Below, one piece after another: positions 9,506 to 16,475 of a stretch of 20,000 nt of DNA (positions are counted from its first letter, which is position 1; each line of letters opens with the position of its first letter). The notes under the pieces are model-generated. The model saw only the letters and a program-made list of their open reading frames with translations, ran no database searches and was not told where the DNA came from. This DNA is from an uncultured virus (IMG/VR IMGVR_UViG_3300035698_035315) (lineage: Duplodnaviria; Heunggongvirae; Uroviricota; Caudoviricetes), in the IMG/VR virus record IMGVR_UViG_3300035698_035315, positions 51,703-71,702 of that record; one strand, written 5' to 3'. The position numbers were made by a program, and so were the translations under genes.

Positions 9506-10321
9506 ATGAGAACGCGGAAGTCGTCTAAGGCGGAATTATATCGTGTTGCAAAGTTTATGGTTGGTGAAGAACAATACGATACGCAAGATGAAATCAAATG
9601 GCTGACTCCTAATGGTTCAGTTATAACAGCTTCAATCTCGAAGAAGGCAAGGCAAGTAGTTGCCGGTATGTTTGGCAAGACGGCAGCACGGCCTACTCCA
9701 ATTGCTTTACGCAAGCCTGAAAAAGTCAAAGCGTTGATGAAGAAGTCGGGTTTTGCTTTGTTAGAGGATGGTTCGGTTGCTTTTTGGCCGATGGTTCCGT
9801 GGGGGCCAATTCCTGATTATCGCAAGAAACCACGTAGGTTAGCGGGTGGTTTTCCTGAAGGCGACAGAGCTTGCATGTATGCGATAAATGGAAATGACGA
9901 GAAAGTAGTTCTATACAAGGCGCTGCTTGATAAGTTGATTCGTTTTAATAGGTCATTGAAAGCTGCCGGTAGTGGTGTTGTTTCGGAAGAAGAAGCTGTT
10001 AGTGATGCTACTGATTCATTTGATGGCTTGTTTGGCGAAGCAAAGACAAAGAATCCTTATATGAGTCCTCGTTTCAGGAAGCCGCGTAAAGAGATTGGCA
10101 ATGAGCTTATTGCAATGCGCTCAGACGTTGAAAGCGGCAAGTTTGATGTAGCTATGAAGCGTTTTGGCAAGCTTGAAGAGCTTGTGTTTGTTGCATTGCA
10201 AGTTTGGGAAGGTCAGAGTGAAGCTTTGACCAAACGTAGACAGCTTATGCGTACTATCATGAACGCATTTGCTAAGAATCGCGAGGAAATCATTCAGGCT
10301 CTAGCTACTGCTAAAGTGTAA
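9506..10321 (+). CDS. Hypothetical protein (271 aa)
   Basis: AGGAGG SD region; N-terminal 'AELYRVAKFMVG'. Confidence 0.75.
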   Translation: MRTRKSSKAELYRVAKFMVGEEQYDTQDEIKWLTPNGSVITASISKKARQVVAGMFGKTAARPTPIALRKPEKVKALMKKSGFALLEDGSVAFWPMVPWGPIPDYRKKPRRLAGGFPEGDRACMYAINGNDEKVVLYKALLDKLIRFNRSLKAAGSGVVSEEEAVSDATDSFDGLFGEAKTKNPYMSPRFRKPRKEIGNELIAMRSDVESGKFDVAMKRFGKLEELVFVALQVWEGQSEALTKRRQLMRTIMNAFAKNREEIIQALATAKV

Positions 10322-10328
10322 TTATACG

Positions 10329-10363
10329 TGGGGAGAACTCATTTTACGATGGGTTTTTCCCCA
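10329..10363 (+). terminator. Intergenic stem-loop (terminator or RNA processing site)
   Basis: TGGGGAGAACTCAT pairs with ATGGGTTTTTCCCCA (about 14 bp with G.U pairs and one bulge), just after a stop codon. No U-tract follows. Confidence 0.35.
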
Positions 10364-10403
10364 TAACTAACTCAATTCACCTCTTGTAGTAAGCCGGATA
10401 ACA

Positions 10404-12689
10404 ATGCCAGCAAGACGTTGCACCTCAGAGTCATGTTTGTTGGAAGCGGCTCACAAGAGTCGTCTTTTTTCTTTAGAACTTCCTGTTGCTGACATTTTAC
10501 ACAATCCGCAACGGGAATGGTTGATTCGTTCGTTGGGCAATCGAAAGCGTGTAGCATCTGATCGTAAGATCTCGGTTGATTGGAAAAAGTTCAACGTAGA
10601 AGACTATTTTTTCACTCATTGTACAATCGTTTGTTCGGTTGTCACAGCTTCAAACGGGTACTACATAGAGCCTCCTTGTGATGAGCTTGTGAACAACAAT
10701 GGAAATGCTTGGAATAACGAAGTTTTGTTATCCACGTTTAGGTCATTTGTTGGGGCTGAGAACTATTTTGAACACATGCAGGCGCCTGAGCTTTCTAAAG
10801 GAAAGATTTTAGATGCGGTTATACGCCCAGTAAACTATAAGGGCAAGAATGGCAAAACAGCCGATATTTACTATACAGATATTTTGGTAGCAACTGACCG
10901 CAAGCACATTGATTTGGTAGAGCGGATTGAGAAAGGCGAGTTGAATACATTATCCATGGGCTGTTTTGAAGCTGGTACTTTGGTAACTATGGCTAATGGC
11001 ACTCGTAAGCCTATTGAGACTATAGAAAAAGGCGAGCGAGTAATTAGTCATCGTGGTTATGCAAGAGAAGTATTGCGTCCAATTAAAACGCAATGGCTTG
11101 GCGATATGTACAAGGTTCATGTTGAAGGAAGACCTGAGCCGATAGTTTGTACTGGGAATCATAAGTTTTGGTCATGGCAAAGACCTCCGTATTGTGCCTG
11201 TGGTTGTGGGGAATCTTTGCCTGATGCGAGTGTTTGGAATAAGCGAAAAAGTTTGAAAACGTCATTTGTAAATGGCCATAGAATGCGTGTTTTGAATCCG
11301 ATGGTTGAATATAGTGTAAGTGAGAAAGAACGACGGCTGGCGATTTTGGACGAGGCGGCGCAACCGCATTTTGAATGGAAGGAAGCTCGCGGTCTTGAGG
11401 CAGGAGCCTATCTTACAATTCCAAGTGAATACTCGATTGGCTCAGAAGATGTTTCTGTTGCTCGTGCTCGTTTGTTGGGTCTTTATTTGGCAGAGGGTTC
11501 AATAAACAACTGTGGTGGCTATAAATCAGTTGGGTTTACTTATTCACTCTATGAGAAAGATACTCTTGCTCAAGAGACAAAAGAACTGCTTGCTAAAGAG
11601 TTTGGAGTCGAATCATCAGTTTATGAACGAAGTGACAGAAATACGTGTGAAACCAGAACACACAAGAATGATTTTGTTACAGAATGGTTTCAAAGTCATG
11701 GCGGGCATTATTCTTGGGCTAAGGCTATTACTGAGGGTGTATTGCATTGGCCGCTTGATGCGTTACGAGCACTTGTCGGTGGATGGCTTGATGGTGATGG
11801 GTGTATGCATGAGGGCGGTCGTAAACGAATTATAGGTGTTACTGTTAGTGCTGACTTGGCGAGTCAGATAAGTCTTATTTTGGCTCGTTTGGGAATCTAT
11901 CATACGTGGAATGTGAAGGATGAATATGAGTCTGTTGAAAATGGAGTTATTGTTCCGCATCGTAAAAGCCACTATATTACAATTCCTTCAAGTGTTGTTC
12001 ATTTAGTAACACCATTTACAATGCGGTGGAATGATGGTGACCCAAGGCCAATTCACTCGCGTTGTCATATTCAGCCATCTTCAGAGAACGTAGTTGTGCG
12101 CGTGAAGAAGGTTGAACAGTTACGTCCGATACATGATGATAATGAACTATCGACAGTATATTGTCTTGAAGTTGAAGAAGAGCATAGTCTGTTAGTTGGT
12201 GGTAGTGTAGGAGTTCAGAACTGCGTCGCCCATTGGGTTACATGTAGTAAATGTGGCAAAGAGATAGCTGATGAGAAAGACAATTGTGAGCATATCAATA
12301 AAGAGTTGATGACATACTTTACGGATGATAAAGGTGTCAAACGTATAACAGCAGAACTCTGTGGGCGCACCTTTGAGTCGAATGGAAAAAGAGTAGGGGA
12401 CCAAGAATCTGTTCAGTTTATTGAGGCAAGTTGGGTTGAGCGTCCGGCTTTTACAGGGGCAGTTTTGAATTACTATGTTAGTGATATTCCAGAAGAGAAG
12501 AAGGCGAGTCTTCTGGAATACTCTTCGATGGACACGATGTATACCAATCTTGCCCAACTGAGGGTTGCTGATACAACTGGGATGATGGCGGTTCGTCTTG
12601 CCAAGGAAGAAGTGAAACGTTTGAATCTTGTCTATCTTGTTAATCGTGTAGCAATGAATGGTGTTAAATTCAGAAAGAAGGAGGCTTGA
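10404..12689 (+). CDS. Prohead (capsid maturation) protease precursor with intein; about 341 aa after splicing
   Basis: Exteins show 'YFEH...KGKILDA', 'IEKGELNTLSMG|C' (putative catalytic Ser), 'CSKCG...CEH' and 'FIEASWVERPAFTGA', as in HK97-type phage maturation proteases. Lies between the portal and scaffold/MCP genes. Confidence 0.8.
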   Translation: MPARRCTSESCLLEAAHKSRLFSLELPVADILHNPQREWLIRSLGNRKRVASDRKISVDWKKFNVEDYFFTHCTIVCSVVTASNGYYIEPPCDELVNNNGNAWNNEVLLSTFRSFVGAENYFEHMQAPELSKGKILDAVIRPVNYKGKNGKTADIYYTDILVATDRKHIDLVERIEKGELNTLSMGCFEAGTLVTMANGTRKPIETIEKGERVISHRGYAREVLRPIKTQWLGDMYKVHVEGRPEPIVCTGNHKFWSWQRPPYCACGCGESLPDASVWNKRKSLKTSFVNGHRMRVLNPMVEYSVSEKERRLAILDEAAQPHFEWKEARGLEAGAYLTIPSEYSIGSEDVSVARARLLGLYLAEGSINNCGGYKSVGFTYSLYEKDTLAQETKELLAKEFGVESSVYERSDRNTCETRTHKNDFVTEWFQSHGGHYSWAKAITEGVLHWPLDALRALVGGWLDGDGCMHEGGRKRIIGVTVSADLASQISLILARLGIYHTWNVKDEYESVENGVIVPHRKSHYITIPSSVVHLVTPFTMRWNDGDPRPIHSRCHIQPSSENVVVRVKKVEQLRPIHDDNELSTVYCLEVEEEHSLLVGGSVGVQNCVAHWVTCSKCGKEIADEKDNCEHINKELMTYFTDDKGVKRITAELCGRTFESNGKRVGDQESVQFIEASWVERPAFTGAVLNYYVSDIPEEKKASLLEYSSMDTMYTNLAQLRVADTTGMMAVRLAKEEVKRLNLVYLVNRVAMNGVKFRKKEA
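10962..12221 (+). mobile_element. 420-aa intein with a LAGLIDADG homing endonuclease
   Basis: Block A 'CFEAGTLVTMANG', block B 'CTGNHKF', LAGLIDADG motifs 'LLGLYLAEGS' and 'LVGGWLDGDG', block F 'VYCLEVEEEHSL', C-terminus 'VQN|C'. Confidence 0.93.
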
Positions 12690-12691
12690 GG

Positions 12692-13165
12692 ATGGTTAGG
12701 AGACGAAGGCTTACCACGAGATTAGCTGCTGCTAAGAAAGAGGAGAAGAACGAAGACAATGGCGCTCTCAAGGATGCCGACAAGGATTGGTCTGAATTGA
12801 CAAAAGCATCTCAAAAAACGTCCTCTTTGAGGCGGCGGAAAGCATCTGATGATTGCCCAGGATGTAACCCGCTGATGCGTGAAATTGTGGCAATGGAAAG
12901 GGTACTTGCACAAGGCGAAAGTGGCACAGCAGAAATTGAACAGTACGAAAAAGAAATTGATGCTCAGCCTGCTGATGTTGAAATTCTTGATGAGGCTAAA
13001 ACACTTTTCGATGAAGAGGCCGACATCATACAGGAAAGCTTGATTGTCGATGTTGGTAAAGTTGATGAGCCAATGGATTATACAGACCAAAATACAAAAA
13101 TGTCTTCCGACGATTCACTGGCAAGACAACTAATAAGTCTTGCGCAAGCTTTATTAGAAGAATAA
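12692..13165 (+). CDS. Acidic hypothetical head protein, possibly scaffold-related
   Basis: AAGGAGG SD 7 nt before ATG 12692. Arg-rich N-terminus and an amphipathic C-terminal helix 'LARQLISLAQALL'. Confidence 0.7.
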   Translation: MVRRRRLTTRLAAAKKEEKNEDNGALKDADKDWSELTKASQKTSSLRRRKASDDCPGCNPLMREIVAMERVLAQGESGTAEIEQYEKEIDAQPADVEILDEAKTLFDEEADIIQESLIVDVGKVDEPMDYTDQNTKMSSDDSLARQLISLAQALLEE

Positions 13166-13225
13166 AAAATTCCAATATGTCGCGAATTCCGCTGTAATCT
13201 CTTGTGTTAGTGGGGCTTAGGCATT

Positions 13226-13251
13226 GATGTCATTTTTCACAATTTTTTTAT
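13226..13251 (+). promoter_or_regulatory. 26-nt direct repeat / putative promoter, copy 2
   Basis: GATGTCATTTTTCACAATTTTTTTAT is identical to 13787-13812, and both are followed closely by TTCTCTCTT. Confidence 0.6.
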
Positions 13252-13311
13252 ATTCTCTCTTGTATGGTGTCTTTTGTTTTTATGAGGTTTTACGAGAAAG
13301 GAAGGGATGTT

Positions 13312-13629
13312 ATGGCTCGTAATGAGGAAATTGCTAGGAAGATTTTGAAGATTGCTAAGGAGTTGACAGGTGGCGATTCAGACCAGGGTTGTTATTTGCA
13401 CAAAAATGGGCTTATAGTTTGGAGTTCCCCTGACAAGATAGATGAAACTCATAAGGATTTGCGTCGTATTGATGGCAAGTTAGAACTTGATGATACTTTT
13501 GATTGGAAAAAAATTCGGCGTATCAATGGTGAGAAGGTTAGTGTATGGACGTGGTATGGGATATTTGGTATGGCGAAAGATGCAATTGATATGCTTAAAA
13601 AGTTGGGTTACAAAGAAGGAAAACCATAG
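13312..13629 (+). CDS. Hypothetical protein (105 aa) with the shared N-terminal helix motif
   Basis: ATG 13312 follows AAGGAAGGGA; begins 'MARNEEIARKILKIAKELTGG'. Confidence 0.7.
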   Translation: MARNEEIARKILKIAKELTGGDSDQGCYLHKNGLIVWSSPDKIDETHKDLRRIDGKLELDDTFDWKKIRRINGEKVSVWTWYGIFGMAKDAIDMLKKLGYKEGKP

Positions 13630-13786
13630 ACAGACGAGTTTTTGACAATTTCAAATGGGTGTACGTATAGATTATGGTGCGGGTGTTATTCCGATTGGTT
13701 TTTTGGGTGACAGGGAACCAACCCGATAGAGGTTTAGGAGAGCATTTTAAGGCTTTTGTGATTGTGAGACGTTTGTGAAAGATCAG

Positions 13787-13812
13787 GATGTCATTTTTCA
13801 CAATTTTTTTAT
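13787..13812 (+). promoter_or_regulatory. 26-nt direct repeat / putative promoter, copy 3
   Basis: Identical to 13226-13251, followed by a local tandem duplication of TTTTTATTCTCTCT. Lies upstream of the scaffold-decoration-MCP genes. Confidence 0.6.
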
Positions 13813-13898
13813 TCTCTCTTTTTTATTCTCTCTTAGTGTAGAAGTAGAAGCCTGTTGACTTTCAGGGTTATTTGACCCAAGTTAGAAAGGAGATACGG

Positions 13899-14882
13899 AT
13901 GGTCCGTCGAAGAATTACTCGGATTGGAAAGAAAAAGCCGCGTAGTCTTGTTGCTGAAATTGCGGCTGTGGAAAAACAATTGGGAATGTATTCTCAGGAC
14001 GATGACTTAGACGATGATCTTTTAGAAGATGAATTAGAAGATGACTTAGAAGATGACTTAGAAGATCTTTTAGAAGACGACTTAGAAGACGACTTAGAAG
14101 ATGAATTAGAAGACGACTTAGAAGATGATCTTTTAGAAGATGAATTAGAAGATGATCTTTTAGAAGATGACTTAGAAGACGACTTAGAAGACGACTTAGA
14201 AGACGATTTGCTGATAGACGAGTCCATCTTGTCACAAGACGAAGATGAAGATGCCGAAGAAGACTACGAAGATGCCAAAGACGAAGAAGATGAAATTGAT
14301 GACGAGATTGAAGTTGAGGACGATGAAGATATTGAAGCTATGCTTTATTCAGAAGATGAAGAGGCTTCAGAGGAACTTATCGAAGAAGAATTCAATGTAA
14401 TGTCTCAAGACGATGACGACGACGATGACGACGATGATGACGATGATGACGACGATGATGACGACGATGATGACGACGACGACGACGACGACGACGACGA
14501 TGATGACGACGACGACGACGATGACGATGATGATGAAGACGATGACGATGAGATTGCTTGTGTAACATCGAGGCGCAATTCTTCTCGCAGGCGAAGGAAA
14601 GCTTCACGTCGCAGGCGTTCTAGCGAAGAAGAGCCTGGCATAGAAGACGAGATTACTCAGGATTCTCTTAGTGATGTTGAAGACGAGCGTGGCAAAGAAG
14701 ATTTGGCGACTGAACCTTCGACGCTATCAACAGCCCCAACTTCTTGCACTGCACGTTATCAGGAAGCATCGAAGCGTCTTGACAGGGTGGCAAGTTACTT
14801 TGAGAATCAAGGTCGTAAAGATTTGGCTTTGCGAGTAGATAGGCTGGCAGACGCGGTTGATGCTTTGCTGCCGAACAAATAA
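13899..14882 (+). CDS. Extremely acidic scaffold/core-like protein (327 aa)
   Basis: AAAGGAG SD before ATG 13899. EDDL repeats and a 42-Asp run, with Arg-rich patches and a C-terminal helical segment. Confidence 0.75.
   Translation: MVRRRITRIGKKKPRSLVAEIAAVEKQLGMYSQDDDLDDDLLEDELEDDLEDDLEDLLEDDLEDDLEDELEDDLEDDLLEDELEDDLLEDDLEDDLEDDLEDDLLIDESILSQDEDEDAEEDYEDAKDEEDEIDDEIEVEDDEDIEAMLYSEDEEASEELIEEEFNVMSQDDDDDDDDDDDDDDDDDDDDDDDDDDDDDDDDDDDDDDDDDDEDDDDEIACVTSRRNSSRRRRKASRRRRSSEEEPGIEDEITQDSLSDVEDERGKEDLATEPSTLSTAPTSCTARYQEASKRLDRVASYFENQGRKDLALRVDRLADAVDALLPNK
13998..14213 (+). repeat. Coding minisatellite of 12/15-nt units (GAAGAYGAHTTA) encoding EDDL/EDEL/EDDLL
   Basis: Tandem repeats read directly from the sequence. 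Confidence 0.92.
14409..14552 (+). repeat. GAC/GAT trinucleotide run encoding D42-E-D4-E
   Basis: 14409-14534 is 42 consecutive Asp codons. Confidence 0.95.
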
Positions 14883-14925
14883 GTCAAGTTCATCTTGTGA
14901 AAAGGTCGAAAGAAAGGAGAGAATA

Positions 14926-15882
14926 ATGTCGAGGCGACGGAATCGTTTAACGGCTAGTAATCGTCGCAGAGAACGTAAGGCTGTTGAGGACAGCATTCCT
15001 TATCCCGGAACGGTTAACCAACCGGATCGTCGGTTTAAGAAATGCCAAGAGTATAACACGTTTGAGCAGACTGTAAACCACGAACTCCCAGATATGCGGA
15101 CAGAGTGGAAAGAAGATGCTCATGATGAAATCGGTTTTGGTATTCCTGAAGCTGGTGGGCCTACTGTTGCCAGCATCAAGGCTGCGGCTTCCAAAGCTGT
15201 GAAGCTGGCAGTTTTGCTTCTCGGGGATAAGGTCAAAGAACAGGTTATTGAGAATCAGGCTCGCGACTTCATGAAGCTTGGCAATAAGTGTCTTGATAGG
15301 GCTCTGAAGCGCTTTGCTCAGACCGAGGACATTTACGCTGCTGATGAAGATAAAGATGAAGGCGAAAAACAGGAAGAAAAGGACGAAAAGGTTGAAAAGG
15401 AAGAAATAAAGGAAGAAAAGGTAGAGGAAGAAAAGGACGAAGAGGCTGACGAGGAAAAGGAAAAAGAGGCTTCTGAGGACGAAGAGAAAAAGAAAAAGGA
15501 CGAAGAAGAGGCTGAGGCAGAGGCTGCTAAGACAATCCAAGAAGAGGCTGAAGAAAAGGCCAAAGAAAAAGAAGCAAGCGCGGCTGAGTTTGACATAGAG
15601 TTGCAGTCAATGTCGGATGAAGGCATGCGTGAAGATGCAGCCGCCGACAAGGTACTTGCAAGTCTCTATGCTCAGGACGAAGAAGCCGACGAAGAAGCCG
15701 ACGAAGATGAATCCGGCGATGAAGATGAGGGAAAAGAAAAGACCTCATCGAAGAAAGCTACAAAGCAGGGCGTCAAAAAGCTTGGCGGCCAGCCGAAAAA
15801 AGCATCTGTTTCGTCAGATGATGCTGTCAATTTGAGCGAGCTTTGGGTAGACGCTCCTGACGTGGGCGATGTGTTTAAGTAA
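14926..15882 (+). CDS. Putative capsid scaffolding protein (318 aa)
   Basis: AAAGGAG SD before ATG 14926. Glu/Lys-rich, coiled-coil-like, with a C-terminal 'LSELWVDAPDVGDVFK'. Directly upstream of the decoration and MCP genes. Confidence 0.6.
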   Translation: MSRRRNRLTASNRRRERKAVEDSIPYPGTVNQPDRRFKKCQEYNTFEQTVNHELPDMRTEWKEDAHDEIGFGIPEAGGPTVASIKAAASKAVKLAVLLLGDKVKEQVIENQARDFMKLGNKCLDRALKRFAQTEDIYAADEDKDEGEKQEEKDEKVEKEEIKEEKVEEEKDEEADEEKEKEASEDEEKKKKDEEEAEAEAAKTIQEEAEEKAKEKEASAAEFDIELQSMSDEGMREDAAADKVLASLYAQDEEADEEADEDESGDEDEGKEKTSSKKATKQGVKKLGGQPKKASVSSDDAVNLSELWVDAPDVGDVFK

Positions 15883-15932
15883 GCCTGACGTGGGCTTTTA
15901 CTGGTCGTTTTTTGTAAAGGAGGAACTGAGAC

Positions 15933-16442
15933 ATGGCCTTGACGATTCTGATTCGTGGCCACCTCAACGCGATTCCTGTTCTCGCAGATGTTTGCTATAC
16001 AAAGGCAAACTATGGCGTGAACACGAATAACTCGCTGAGTATTAACACTCCGCGTGGCGTAATTGGTGGCTCAATTGCTGCAATCAGTGCTGGTAACGAC
16101 TACACTGTCGTTCCAGGTCACATTGACTTGCAGCCTGTTGGGTTGTTTGTCAACGATGCCGCTGGTGCGGCCTATGAGAACGCTCCTGCCGTAGCAAGCG
16201 GTAAGGTAACGGTCATGAAGGCTCAAGCTAGTGTCGAAGTTGACGTGTTTGAAACTCGTAATGCAGCTAATTCAGCAGATATTACTTACGTTGTAGGTAA
16301 TTTACTGTATAGCTCAGCACAGGGTTTCTTGACGAACGAATTGCCGTCCGATATTGGTGGTTCTGTTGATACTGTAATTGGTATCATGACGAAAGCACCT
16401 ACGACGGTTTCACCTACCATGGGTTTAGATGAAAGAATATAA
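15933..16442 (+). CDS. Head decoration/cement protein (169 aa)
   Basis: AAGGAGG SD. Small Gly/Ala/Val-rich beta protein ('PVGLFVND...SGKVTV...YVVGNLLY...GFLT...VIGI..KAP') immediately before the MCP. Confidence 0.75.
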   Translation: MALTILIRGHLNAIPVLADVCYTKANYGVNTNNSLSINTPRGVIGGSIAAISAGNDYTVVPGHIDLQPVGLFVNDAAGAAYENAPAVASGKVTVMKAQASVEVDVFETRNAANSADITYVVGNLLYSSAQGFLTNELPSDIGGSVDTVIGIMTKAPTTVSPTMGLDERI

Positions 16443-16475
16443 GCCCTGGTATAAGGCTGACAAGAGGAGAAAAAA

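Noticed and set aside
13998..14552. Tandem repeats as a CRISPR array
   Set aside because: The units are 3-15 nt, in frame and coding, with no unique spacers and no cas genes nearby.
15856..15899. 12-nt repeat CCTGACGTGGGC and a small hairpin after the scaffold gene
   Set aside because: The 6-bp stem and short U-run are too weak to call a terminator, and the repeat may be chance or a local duplication.
13915..15962. Minus-strand Ser-, His-, Arg- or Phe-rich ORFs (also at 1559-3888)
   Set aside because: They are antisense shadows of acidic, low-complexity + strand genes.
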